Shown here one piece after another: positions 34,071-43,713 of a stretch of 50,638 nt of DNA. Source of the stretch: a virus (Duplodnaviria; Caudoviricetes). The notes below the pieces were generated by a model. It was not told the origin of the DNA. It did not search any database and saw only the letters and a program-made list of their open reading frames with translations. Made by a program: the position numbers and the translations under genes. The DNA lies in IMG/VR virus record IMGVR_UViG_3300044617_000880, positions 1 through 50,638 of that record; one strand, written 5' to 3'. How positions within the stretch are numbered: the first letter of the stretch is position 1; each line of letters begins with the position of its first letter.

Positions 34071-37000
34071 CGGATTGAACTGGCGAATCGACTGACGCTG
34101 ACGCGCCGTGTCCGAATTCTCCAGCCCACCCGGGGGCAAGCCAAACTGCTCTGACATTCCAGACAGCGACTGCTGGTACTGCTCACGCATATCAGCCGGC
34201 ATCGTGTCAAGCATGCGCTCTGCGAGAGGGGCTGAGCGCAACTGCACGGCACGATCCCACTCGCTGCTCTTCACAGTCATGGGCACGCCATATCGCTTCT
34301 TGTATTCCGCCTCGATGACGCCGGCACCAGACATGTTATTGCCTAGCACCGCGTCCTTGTACTTCCGGCGCATGTCCACCATCTCCGCACGGTTGGCCAG
34401 CAGGAACTTGGTGGCCTCCATGGGCGACTGGAACTTCTTGAAGTCTGCACCAATGCCCCGCATCACCAAGCTCAGCGGCGAGTCAAACGACTGCAACGTG
34501 CCATCATCACGGTACACCGGCACCTGACCCTCAGGCGTGCGGTTGCCCCAGTCAGCGTACTGCGACTGCAACAAGCCGAAGGGTCCACCACCTGGGACGG
34601 CGGGCAGTGCACCCAACGCCTTCTGCAGGGTGACGCCACCCGGTACCAGTCGGAACGCCGCCTGTCGGATCTGCTCCCGATCACCTTGGAGTAGTCCCCC
34701 CACGAGTTGTACCGGAATGTCGATCACTGGGGGGACGGGGATTCCCTTAGTGAAGAACTGGTTGGGCAACTGGGAAATGGCGGCACCGGACAAACCGGGA
34801 GAGAGGTCGAGGCCCAGAAGGTTCTTGCCCACCTCGTAGCCCACTGCGCTCAGACCCAGGATGCGCATTGCGTCACCGGCCAGAGCTGGGATCTCGCCGA
34901 ACACCGGGCCACCAATCTTCTGCAGACCGAACTCACGCACGCCACCACCCATCTGCTGCGACAACATGAAGTTGCCGATGGTGCGGCTGGGGTACTGCAG
35001 GAACATGCGGAGGAAGGGATTGCCCAGCACCTCACCCTTCTGGAACATCTTCATCTGGGTAGCGGGGCTGTAAGAGAAGTTCACCATCGACTGCAGTTCC
35101 TGGATGTGATCCAGAACGCGGCTCGTGGGCAGGTTCATCCCCGTACTCTTCTGCATCTTGTTGTACCAGCTGTACCCAGCCTCGGCGACCACGATGCGGT
35201 TGAGGGCTTCAGCGGTCTGGAACAACTTCAGGGGAGCATCAATGGTCAGGAACTTCAACAGACCGGGCTTGCCCTCAGGCGGCTTCGAGTACACAGCAGA
35301 TTCGAAAGTGGACATCACACCCGGGGTAATGCCGATGAGGTCACGGCCGTACGACTCCTTGCCCGCAAGACGGATGTGCTTCTGCCACAACTCCATCTGG
35401 GTCTGGGGGTCAATACGCAGTGGATGCTTGGCACGCTCCGCCAGGTAACCACCCATCTGCTTGAGGGCGGTGCCGTATGCCTTGATGATCTCGGGCGAAC
35501 CCATCCACGTGGCTGCCCACTGGAAAGGCTGCAGCATGTTCCACGCGGCAGACGCCATGTTGAAACCCAGGTGGGTGGCGTAGAGGTAACCCGTCAGACC
35601 ACCAGCAGCGTGGGCCGCATCCAGTTCGTATGCCGACATGTTGCCGTAGTCGCGCATCTGCTTGACCATGGCCTTGCCCAAGTAGCCGCCGTTGTTCTCG
35701 ATCCACTTTGCGGGGGCCGAGTTGGCGGTGGAAAGTGCTAAGTTGCGGGCCTGCTGACTCATCTGCAGACCAAACATCTGGGTAGGCTTGGTGCCACCAA
35801 ACAATGAGGGGAGCACACCCTTCTCAAAGTATTCTCGGGTAGCCGGCGACTCACGGCCCATGACCACGTCAATTGCATCCGCCATGCTAAGACGGGTAGG
35901 TGTTGTTTCCCCTAGAAGAGCAACGTCAGGCCGCAAGCTAGTTTGACCAAGAATTCGCAGGTCATTCTGCAAGCTATTTATTCTGCGCTTCAAACTTTGA
36001 ATGGCTTCAAGTTGACGGGGGGTTGGACTGGCAATATCCGTAAACGTTTTAAGACGCTGGTGTGCCTGCCGAAGATCTCCACGCAAACCAGGGGCAAGCT
36101 CGTGAGTCTGAAGAGTCTCTGGAACAGTGTATTCGTTTCCCGTCATTAACTCAGGATCAACACCCATCTGCTTCAGTCGACGCTTGGTTGTAGTGCTAAG
36201 TTCATTAACTTCGTTGAGTCGACTACCTGCAAGTTGTTGGGCACGAGGACGTCGAACTGCCCCAAGAACAGTTTCACGTAGTGCGGGCGTAATCTCAAGG
36301 GCGTGTAAGCCAATGGCCGAGTGCATGTCGCCCACGTAGTGACGCATTGCCAACTCGTGGTTAAACGTGTGCGTTGCTACACGACCAGTAGTTACCCTTT
36401 GCAACTCGTTATTTGTGCGCGCCATCACTTCTTCAAGAGTTGCGTCTTGGTACCCAGGTACAACAACGTTTGCCTTACGGTTGCCAATAAGACGCTCAAT
36501 AATCTTTAGATCGTTTGGATCTACAGGCAAAGCATTGCCTCGACGGGGCAGTGCCACACCCGGAACTTCCATTACGTCTTTTGCCCCACGACCACGAAGA
36601 ATGGCGTCCGCGTCAGTAGGCCCAATACCAACCAGCTTGCCTTTTTCTTTTCCATAAAGGCTAAAAGTGTTACGGGGCATGTACGCAGATTCCATCTGAG
36701 GCCCCAACGTCCTACGAATCAAATCGTAAACATCGTCCAACTTGATACCTGGAGTGCCACGACGCAGCGCTTCCTTTGCCCACTCTGGCAAGATTCGATC
36801 AATGGTGTCCATGCCCACAAGTGAGTCAAGAGTCCACTCTTCAAGCGTGGGATTTTTCTTGTTGCCACGTTGTGCACGCATCCAAACACGGGCAACTTTC
36901 TCGGGATCAATTTGAAAGTTAGGAGGAAGTTCGTTGTTGGGCCCCAACACGCCAAACATGTACTTTTTCATTTCCAGCCGATATTCCTCACCGGCCTTCG

Positions 37001-38039
37001 CGTAGTTTGCAAACTCCTCTTCAACACCGTTTCTACGAGCCCATTTCATTGCAAGGTCCTTGTCCAAACCTTCCACGTTGAAGATGTTCTGCACATCGTC
37101 TTCAAGGACGCGGTACTTAGGCAACTCAGCCCTAGGCCCATGCACACTGCGGATTAAGTCGTGAGCGGCCCGGAGTGTGTCTCGGTCATCAACGGTAATA
37201 GGAGCACTGAGCAGTTCATGCTCTACACCCGCAGCATCCGTAATCTTGGCTCCAACTGAAAGCTTGCTTTTGACCTGCTGATACTCCGCTTCTGTAAGCG
37301 TGCGGGCAATCTCGCGTCCCCCCACTTTTAGTTTGGCGACTCGAGTGAAGCCGACCTTGGGGAAGTTGGTGGTGCCGCCGTCAAGGCTGCCCGAAGCCCA
37401 CATATGAGAAAGAAGGTTCAGCTCTTCAAGGAAAGCGCGGGTTTCAGGATTATCTGGGCGAGTAGGGTCAAAGTCGGTGACTCCGTGCTTTGCCTTCAGT
37501 GCCTCCACAAGTTTGCCACGCGCTGCGCCCACAACGTCTGCTTGCTTCTGCTGAAGCTTGAGCAGGCGGGACGTAACGGACTGCACGATCTCGCTGGGTG
37601 CAGTGGTCTCCTGCATGCCCACGAGGGAGGCAAAGGGGGTGAGGCGGAAGAGCTCAGCCACCTTGCCAAATGCCCGGCCGGCAAACTTGCTCTTGTCTAT
37701 TTCACCCAGACCTTGGATCAGCTTGCCACCCGTCTTGATGAACTGGCCGCGGCCGATGGGGCTCGTGAGGAACAGCAACCACACCAGCGGATTCATTGCC
37801 AAGTCAATGGTGGTGTCCATGACGGGGTTGCCGCCATGTGCCTTCTTCAGACGCTGGGCATAGGAGTCACGCTCAGCAGGACTCAGCGACTCCTGCGACA
37901 TGATGGTGCGGATCGCACGACCCAGAGACCCCTCGCCGTCATAGATCTGTGTCAGAATTGTGGCCGGTGCATCGTAGATGCGAACCGGTTCAAACTCGGG
38001 GAATCCGTTGTCGTCGAGTTGTTGCTGCTGTGGTGTCAT
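34047..38039 (-). CDS. Large internal virion / DNA-ejection protein candidate (1330 aa)
   Basis: Largest gene and last of the structural arm, helical with hydrophobic C-terminal segments, as in podovirus core proteins (T7 gp16/P22 ejection-protein position). Confidence 0.7.
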   Translation of the reverse strand: MTPQQQQLDDNGFPEFEPVRIYDAPATILTQIYDGEGSLGRAIRTIMSQESLSPAERDSYAQRLKKAHGGNPVMDTTIDLAMNPLVWLLFLTSPIGRGQFIKTGGKLIQGLGEIDKSKFAGRAFGKVAELFRLTPFASLVGMQETTAPSEIVQSVTSRLLKLQQKQADVVGAARGKLVEALKAKHGVTDFDPTRPDNPETRAFLEELNLLSHMWASGSLDGGTTNFPKVGFTRVAKLKVGGREIARTLTEAEYQQVKSKLSVGAKITDAAGVEHELLSAPITVDDRDTLRAAHDLIRSVHGPRAELPKYRVLEDDVQNIFNVEGLDKDLAMKWARRNGVEEEFANYAKAGEEYRLEMKKYMFGVLGPNNELPPNFQIDPEKVARVWMRAQRGNKKNPTLEEWTLDSLVGMDTIDRILPEWAKEALRRGTPGIKLDDVYDLIRRTLGPQMESAYMPRNTFSLYGKEKGKLVGIGPTDADAILRGRGAKDVMEVPGVALPRRGNALPVDPNDLKIIERLIGNRKANVVVPGYQDATLEEVMARTNNELQRVTTGRVATHTFNHELAMRHYVGDMHSAIGLHALEITPALRETVLGAVRRPRAQQLAGSRLNEVNELSTTTKRRLKQMGVDPELMTGNEYTVPETLQTHELAPGLRGDLRQAHQRLKTFTDIASPTPRQLEAIQSLKRRINSLQNDLRILGQTSLRPDVALLGETTPTRLSMADAIDVVMGRESPATREYFEKGVLPSLFGGTKPTQMFGLQMSQQARNLALSTANSAPAKWIENNGGYLGKAMVKQMRDYGNMSAYELDAAHAAGGLTGYLYATHLGFNMASAAWNMLQPFQWAATWMGSPEIIKAYGTALKQMGGYLAERAKHPLRIDPQTQMELWQKHIRLAGKESYGRDLIGITPGVMSTFESAVYSKPPEGKPGLLKFLTIDAPLKLFQTAEALNRIVVAEAGYSWYNKMQKSTGMNLPTSRVLDHIQELQSMVNFSYSPATQMKMFQKGEVLGNPFLRMFLQYPSRTIGNFMLSQQMGGGVREFGLQKIGGPVFGEIPALAGDAMRILGLSAVGYEVGKNLLGLDLSPGLSGAAISQLPNQFFTKGIPVPPVIDIPVQLVGGLLQGDREQIRQAAFRLVPGGVTLQKALGALPAVPGGGPFGLLQSQYADWGNRTPEGQVPVYRDDGTLQSFDSPLSLVMRGIGADFKKFQSPMEATKFLLANRAEMVDMRRKYKDAVLGNNMSGAGVIEAEYKKRYGVPMTVKSSEWDRAVQLRSAPLAERMLDTMPADMREQYQQSLSGMSEQFGLPPGGLENSDTARQRQSIRQFNPSFNVPGQ

Positions 38040-38042
38040 ATG

Positions 38043-38078
38043 AAAAGGCCCCGGAGAGCTTTCGCGTCATCCGGGGCC
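38043..38078 (-). terminator. Intrinsic terminator immediately before the 1330-aa gene start
   Basis: The minus strand reads GGCCCCGGA-N14-TCCGGGGCC-TTTT-CATATG. Confidence 0.7.
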
Positions 38079-38097
38079 CGTTCCGGGGGATCTTAAC

Positions 38098-38139
38098 TCA
38101 GCGGCAGCAGCCGCCCTTCTTCGGGCCCTTCTTCTTCAT
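38098..38139 (-). CDS. 13-aa micro-ORF MKKKGPKKGGCCR
   Basis: AAAGGAG SD 6 nt before the ATG, with AAG/GGC/TGC codons. Confidence 0.55.
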   Translation of the reverse strand: MKKKGPKKGGCCR

Positions 38140-38153
38140 GGCATTCTCCTTTC

Positions 38154-38900
38154 TTAAGCAAGACGTTCGCGGTAACGGATCTGCAGCGTACCAACATAGT
38201 TGGTGGTTGCAGCACCACGAGCCTCGATACCGATGACATTGCCAAGAGTCGTCGTGGTACCCACAGTAACAGGGCCCGGCACGACGTTGTTGGCTTCGGT
38301 CACCTCAAGGCTGTTAGGGGCTGCAGTCGGGATTGTAGTCAAGTTGCTGTTGATTGCACCCACCACGATGGTGTTGTCAGTTGCAGCAGACATTGGCGCC
38401 GTCAGCACCGACTTGAACGACGTAGCTTCACCCGATGCGCCAGTGCTGGTGCCTGTAGCAGCAGTGTTGATAATGACAGTGCCCGTAAGGTTGGTCGCAC
38501 TAATTGGGTAGGTACCCAACTGGGAGATGTAAGCGTCAGCCGGGATGTTGGTAAGGACAGCACCGCTATCCTGATCCACCAGTCGATCGCCAACACTCAG
38601 CGAACCAGAAACGGTGCTAGCAATAGTCACCGTTGTACCAGCCGCGACTGAGCAGGTGTAAGTACCAGTCCAAGTCGCGCCAGTGGGGGTAGCACCTGGC
38701 ATAAAACCGACGTCAATCGTCAGGCTTGCCTCGCCGTTACGAGTGATAAGACGAACGTCGTCGATGACGATCTGACGCTTCTCAACGTAGAGCAGCGGGG
38801 TAATTGCACCACGAGTGATGGTGCTACCGTGAAGGGGGAACGAGATCGTCTGAAACTGATCCTGATAGTGTTCGGCAACAACGGGGTTTTGTCCAGGCAT
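38154..38900 (-). CDS. T/G/A-rich structural protein (head decoration or fibre-like, 248 aa)
   Basis: Beta-rich composition within the structural arm. Confidence 0.7.
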   Translation of the reverse strand: MPGQNPVVAEHYQDQFQTISFPLHGSTITRGAITPLLYVEKRQIVIDDVRLITRNGEASLTIDVGFMPGATPTGATWTGTYTCSVAAGTTVTIASTVSGSLSVGDRLVDQDSGAVLTNIPADAYISQLGTYPISATNLTGTVIINTAATGTSTGASGEATSFKSVLTAPMSAATDNTIVVGAINSNLTTIPTAAPNSLEVTEANNVVPGPVTVGTTTTLGNVIGIEARGAATTNYVGTLQIRYRERLA

Positions 38901-38904
38901 TTGT

Positions 38905-39336
38905 TTATCCCATCAAATCGGACAGTGGGTCGGGTTGTGCGTAGCGTCCACTGTCCATAGACGCAGCTAGTTCTTTCATCAGATCCTGCCTAGGCCGTCC
39001 GCCCAGTACCACAGAACCCTTGGGCACACGTCGCCCAGCCATGACAGAAGTGTAGAGGTCGGGTGCTTGTCGTGCAAGTCGCATCTGGTTCTCGGCAAGC
39101 GCCTTCTCCATACGTGACTGCTCAAGCAACCGAGCAACCTTTTCTGACTTGGATTTTGCAACTGCATTATTCACCAGCTGATCAATCTGCGTGGTGTCCG
39201 GTTCCTTACGCAGCGCCAGTCGGGCACCTGCAATACCGGCAAGAGATGCAAGGGCAATGTTTCCTGCCGTGGGAGTCACAGCAGGTGCCACTGCACTCTT
39301 GATACTGCTTAGCATGCTGGAGATCTTGCGGGGCAT
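38905..39336 (-). CDS. Putative internal virion protein (143 aa)
   Basis: MPRKISS...; a hydrophobic Ala/Gly helix then coiled coil; ends DPLSDLMG. Confidence 0.7.
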   Translation of the reverse strand: MPRKISSMLSSIKSAVAPAVTPTAGNIALASLAGIAGARLALRKEPDTTQIDQLVNNAVAKSKSEKVARLLEQSRMEKALAENQMRLARQAPDLYTSVMAGRRVPKGSVVLGGRPRQDLMKELAASMDSGRYAQPDPLSDLMG

Positions 39337-39340
39337 TGGA

Positions 39341-40069
39341 TTAGGGGTAGTTGATGCGGTTCGAACCAAAGTCCATCATGCCAGGGTTCTGTGGAAAGAT
39401 ACCTTCCATGGCAAACGCCTGCGCCAGACTCATGGGCTGGTTGTAAGAAATCTTGGCCAGCTGATCCTCGTATCCACGAGTCAGCGCCTGCAGATCCTCA
39501 CGCACACCAGCCATAGGCAACTCGCTACGTGCGGCATCCAGCGTGCGCTGCGACTGCTGTTCTCCCAGCATCTGGTAGAAGTCACTCTGGGTATCGCCGT
39601 ACGACTGGGATGCCTGACCCTCAAGTCCCCCCAGCAACGCCATCAAATCCTGGGGGGACGATCCACCGCCCTCCATTGGCATCTCTTCTCCACCCCCAGA
39701 CATAGCGCCTAGGAGTTCAGGGAGAAGAATAAAGGGAAGAGCACCCACTGTTGCGGCAAGGCCCATCTTGCCAAAGCCCTTCAACTTTGTACCAGCCCCA
39801 GGCTTCAAACTCTTATAGGCTGCGCCACGTGCAGTGGTGCCTTTTAGCGCGCGCTCACCATAGCGCTTAAGAATGATGTCACGAGCTTTATCTGGACCAA
39901 CTCGCTTTGAAACTCTTTTGAACTGGTCTTCAAGAAACTTAGCTTCAACTGCTGGAGTTGGAAGTGGGTTCTTGCCGCTGCCCGTAACTGTACCAAGTCC
40001 TTCTGAAAGGATGAGGGGCAGCAGCCACGAAGCGGCACTAGCAACGGCAGGGGCAATTGGGACGGGCAT
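39341..40069 (-). CDS. Putative internal virion/ejection protein (242 aa)
   Basis: MPVPIAPAVASAASWLLPL... hydrophobic segments with G/M/Q-rich sequence. Confidence 0.7.
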   Translation of the reverse strand: MPVPIAPAVASAASWLLPLILSEGLGTVTGSGKNPLPTPAVEAKFLEDQFKRVSKRVGPDKARDIILKRYGERALKGTTARGAAYKSLKPGAGTKLKGFGKMGLAATVGALPFILLPELLGAMSGGGEEMPMEGGGSSPQDLMALLGGLEGQASQSYGDTQSDFYQMLGEQQSQRTLDAARSELPMAGVREDLQALTRGYEDQLAKISYNQPMSLAQAFAMEGIFPQNPGMMDFGSNRINYP

Positions 40070-40071
40070 GG

Positions 40072-40440
40072 CTAAAGCACCATTGGTTCGTGGGGCAGAG
40101 TGCAGCCACGCCACGCACGGGCATATCGCTCTGCTACTTCAGGCAGTGTAACAGTGCCAATGTGTACAGTCGATACCCGCTCAATCGGATCGTACTTTGA
40201 AACGAGCATGGACCACGGTCGCTTCATGGCCCGGAGGTGGCGGATCTCCCAGAGCCAGGACCGCACAAGCTTCCCCCGCAGGTAAGGTCCCCCCACGACG
40301 AGGGGGAGGGGGGTGAGGTTGAGGATGGGCAAGTCGTGCCGGGTCTCGAGGTCGAAGGACCGGCCAAGGGCTAGGCGGGCAAAGCCGTCAGTAGCGTGGT
40401 CTCGGCACAGGTCGGCACTGAGAAGTCGCCAGTTGAACAT
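40072..40440 (-). CDS. Hypothetical protein (122 aa)
   Basis: Fills the gap exactly; AAGGG upstream. Confidence 0.65.
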   Translation of the reverse strand: MFNWRLLSADLCRDHATDGFARLALGRSFDLETRHDLPILNLTPLPLVVGGPYLRGKLVRSWLWEIRHLRAMKRPWSMLVSKYDPIERVSTVHIGTVTLPEVAERYARAWRGCTLPHEPMVL

Positions 40441-40449
40441 GGCGGTAGA

Positions 40450-42120
40450 TTAGCGACCCTTACGGAGTGCACCCAGTTCATTGGCCAACAACTCCGCCAT
40501 TGCCCGGTTCTCGGCCTTCTTTGCTCCGGCGGTACCCAGCCTGTCAAGCCGCTGGGACTTGCGACCGAGGGCCAACTCGCGTTCAGCCTGCTTCTGCTGC
40601 AAGGCAACAAGTTCTTCCAGGGCCGAGCGGGTCCGACCAATCTGGCCAGCGGTTTGTGTACCCAGCATCTCCTTGATTGGGTCAAGCGCTGTCAGTTCGT
40701 AGGTAGTTCCTACCTTGGCACCAGTCAGAATTCCAAGCGCCTTGCCCAAAGACTTGGCCGTATGCACCTGGCCTTCCGTGACACTACCCAGTGCAAACCG
40801 GAGGTTGGACGCATCGTTTGCGACACCCAGCAGGGCTGAGTTTGCAATGGACTCGGGGCTAACGCCGGGACCCAGCTTTCCAAGCGCGGTAGCGTACTTC
40901 TCACGCATGCCCTGCATTTCGCCAAGGGTCACGTCCAGCACGTCGGCCAACTGACCTTCATAGCCGGGCTTGCCGTAGATAGCCATTGAAGCTTCCTTCA
41001 GCGAGTTGCGAACCATGTTGCCGTACTTGGCTGGGTCAGTGTTGTCAGGCAGATTCTTGATCATCTGCAAGTTGGACATGAGCTCGTTGATGGCGGGAGC
41101 AGCAGCCGTCTGGTCAAAAGCCAAGTTGCCATTAGCCAGCGTTTGCACCAACGCATTGCTAATTGTCTTGTTGGTAAAGCCGTGGGCTCGTGAGGAAGTC
41201 AGGGTGCTGGGATCAATCAATCCTTCCCCTGCAGTGAAAGTCCCGCCCTTTGCAAAGTAATCTGCAATGTTCTTGTTGGCAGCACCGGCCGCAGCAATCA
41301 CCTCTTCTGACAACGCCCCGCCAGCAATTTGAGCCCGGGTACGTGAATCTGCGTTTACGTTTCCAGAAATCAATTCGCCAAGAGTCTCAGCGGTCTGTGT
41401 AAAAGCAAGTCCAGTTTGACGCGCCAAATTGGTGCCAGCACCAAGTCCAGAGGTAGACGAGGTAAGCAGGGAGTCAAAGTAGTTGGGGAGGGTGGCCTGA
41501 GCTGCTGACTTGTAGACATCAATAACCTGCTGCTGTGACTTCAGTCGCTGCTGCATTTCAGAAGCCTGCTTAGCAATCGAGGACTGCGTGTCCTTGCTCA
41601 TACCTTCAGTGCGAGCCTTGACCTGCAGCATCTTTACCTGGCTGTCCGTAAGTTCTTGGTCAACCGCGTCAAGCTCCTCAAGGATTGGGCCCCGAGCTTC
41701 TTCGCTAACCTGGGCAGCCTTGAACTCCAATTGCTTCTTCTTCAGTTCCAACTGGGTCATAGACTCAAGCTGGTACTTCAGCATGTCCTGACCGAGTTGC
41801 TGCTGCTTGTCCATGCGGGCCATTTCCATCTGGTCCCGAGCCTGAAGCATCTGCATCTCACGGGCCTGCTGGCGATCCTCTCGCTCGGTCTGAAGACCGG
41901 CCATGTAGTTGGCCTGCTCACGGGCAGCGCGGAAGTTCTCGTTGTTGATGTTGCGCATCAAGGTGAGATCAACACCCGAGTCGCCACCCGAGACATACTG
42001 ACGTCCACCGCCACCTCCACCCCCACCCTGCATGGCCTGCTGCATGGCGAGAATCTGGTCTGCGTAGGCAGCATTCGCCGCACCGGGATCAATCAATCCG
42101 CCGTAGGGTCCGTCTGCCAT
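40450..42120 (-). CDS. Putative DNA-ejection protein, coiled-coil (556 aa)
   Basis: Q/M/A/G-rich with a poly-Gly tract and long coiled coils; GAGG SD. Confidence 0.72.
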   Translation of the reverse strand: MADGPYGGLIDPGAANAAYADQILAMQQAMQGGGGGGGGRQYVSGGDSGVDLTLMRNINNENFRAAREQANYMAGLQTEREDRQQAREMQMLQARDQMEMARMDKQQQLGQDMLKYQLESMTQLELKKKQLEFKAAQVSEEARGPILEELDAVDQELTDSQVKMLQVKARTEGMSKDTQSSIAKQASEMQQRLKSQQQVIDVYKSAAQATLPNYFDSLLTSSTSGLGAGTNLARQTGLAFTQTAETLGELISGNVNADSRTRAQIAGGALSEEVIAAAGAANKNIADYFAKGGTFTAGEGLIDPSTLTSSRAHGFTNKTISNALVQTLANGNLAFDQTAAAPAINELMSNLQMIKNLPDNTDPAKYGNMVRNSLKEASMAIYGKPGYEGQLADVLDVTLGEMQGMREKYATALGKLGPGVSPESIANSALLGVANDASNLRFALGSVTEGQVHTAKSLGKALGILTGAKVGTTYELTALDPIKEMLGTQTAGQIGRTRSALEELVALQQKQAERELALGRKSQRLDRLGTAGAKKAENRAMAELLANELGALRKGR

Positions 42121-42159
42121 GGATTATGCCTTCCTCAAGTTTGACATGATTTGACTTTC

Positions 42160-43713
42160 TTACTTAGGCATCTGCTCAGCGGCCCTGCGGTTTGTTTCTG
42201 CCGCATGGTTGTAACCCCACTGGTCATGCCTTGCAGTGCTGCCCAGACCCGTAGGTGCCTGGCCTTCTTCATACCCCATGCGGCCAGCGCCACCAAACTC
42301 ACCAGCAATAATGTGATCTGGCGGCAGACCGTTCTGCTGAATCCACTGCATTGCTTCACGGGAGATTCCAGGCACCTGCATACCTCGCATAATCAAGGCC
42401 TTAACGTCTACACCTTGACCAAAGCCACGGGGTGCCATTGCAGACTGGGCTCGGCTAATTTCGCCACGGACGCGGTCGCGCATTGCAGTGTCATCGGCAA
42501 CAAAGCCCTGACCCGCCATGCCAGCCTGCTTGCCAAGAGCCGCAATTGTCCCCCCAAGAAGGCTGCCAATGATTGGGTTGGCCTGCAGGAAGTTGACGCC
42601 AAACTGGCCCACGTTCATGGCGTACTGGGCAACCATCTGGTTGCGCTGCTGGTCATCAGCTGCGTTAGCCATTGCAATATTTGCACCCATCTTGATGGCT
42701 TCCTGCTTTGCACCCGTTGACTGCAAACCCATCTGAGCAATCGTAGTGCTAAGGTTGGCCTGCGAAGTAGCCATGCCCTGCATTGCTCCAGCCTTAGACT
42801 GCTGAATATTGGCTTGCATAGCAGCATTTTGCTGCATAGCTCCAGCCTTAGACTGTTGAATACCAGCTTGGCCACTAGCTTGTGCTTGCAGAATGCCAGA
42901 CCTAGCCTGCGCACCTTGGAACTGAAGGTTGGAGACATTAGCACCAACGCCACGCTCCATTTCATACTTGCTCTGGCGCTCAGCCTCAGCCATCTGGTCA
43001 GCAGAAATGCCTTGAGACATAAGGGCACCCATCTGCTGTTCCTGCTGCAAGTCAAAGTTCTGGCGCATACCCGCAGCCATTTCAGAAGCGATTTTATCTC
43101 GACCTTCATCAACCTCAGCTAGGGCCCGACCCATAGTGTTGTTGTACCCACCTAAAGCTTGGTCGTAAGTGCTCTCAACCCGACCCATTTGTTCTTGGAA
43201 CTTGCCCAAAGCTTGGTTGTAAGTACCCTCAACTCTGCCCATTTGGTCTTGGAACTTAACTTCAGTCTCCTTGGCCTTCTTTTCAAACGCAGCCGTATCC
43301 GCCTTGGTCTGGTCCATCAACTGCTTCTGGAACCCGTAAGCCTTGTCCCACGCGGGGCTAGGGGTATTCAACTGCTGCTGGGCCCTCTGCATGTTGGCCA
43401 TGGCTTGATCAAAGAACTGCGTATTGCGGTCCTGAGTTTGCCTAGCAACCTGCTCACCCTTCATCGTGTCATACAGGGTGCCCTGCTGGTACATCTGCAA
43501 AGATGGAGCCGTGCCAATCCTGTAGTTGGTGCCCCGCATCATGTTTTGCAGATCTTGTGCGGTGTTGCCGGAAGTAGGAACATTAGCGCCACCAAAAAAC
43601 TGGTTCATATTAAAACCAGCAGGTGCTTGGGTTCCGCTCTTGCTTGACCAAGAGGAGATGGGCGTGAAGCCGCCAAAGGCACCAGGATTAGCAGGCTTGT
43701 TGGTGGGGGGCAT
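42160..43713 (-). CDS. Putative DNA-ejection protein with 18-aa repeats (517 aa)
   Basis: Q/A/M/G-rich; follows the nozzle-like gene. Confidence 0.72.
   Translation of the reverse strand: MPPTNKPANPGAFGGFTPISSWSSKSGTQAPAGFNMNQFFGGANVPTSGNTAQDLQNMMRGTNYRIGTAPSLQMYQQGTLYDTMKGEQVARQTQDRNTQFFDQAMANMQRAQQQLNTPSPAWDKAYGFQKQLMDQTKADTAAFEKKAKETEVKFQDQMGRVEGTYNQALGKFQEQMGRVESTYDQALGGYNNTMGRALAEVDEGRDKIASEMAAGMRQNFDLQQEQQMGALMSQGISADQMAEAERQSKYEMERGVGANVSNLQFQGAQARSGILQAQASGQAGIQQSKAGAMQQNAAMQANIQQSKAGAMQGMATSQANLSTTIAQMGLQSTGAKQEAIKMGANIAMANAADDQQRNQMVAQYAMNVGQFGVNFLQANPIIGSLLGGTIAALGKQAGMAGQGFVADDTAMRDRVRGEISRAQSAMAPRGFGQGVDVKALIMRGMQVPGISREAMQWIQQNGLPPDHIIAGEFGGAGRMGYEEGQAPTGLGSTARHDQWGYNHAAETNRRAAEQMPK
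42779..42862. repeat. 54-bp-period tandem repeat (IQQSKAGAMQ units)
   Basis: GCTCCAGCCTTAGACTG occurs twice, 54 nt apart. Confidence 0.8.
43154..43257. repeat. 54-bp-period tandem repeat (KFQ(D/E)QMGRVE(G/S)TY(N/D)QALG)
   Basis: AAAGCTTGGT(C/T)GTAAGT...TCTTGGAACTT occurs twice. Confidence 0.85.

Noticed and set aside
42779-43257. Repeats as DGR template/variable regions
   Set aside because: They are in-frame tandem repeats without adenine-specific differences, and no reverse transcriptase is present.
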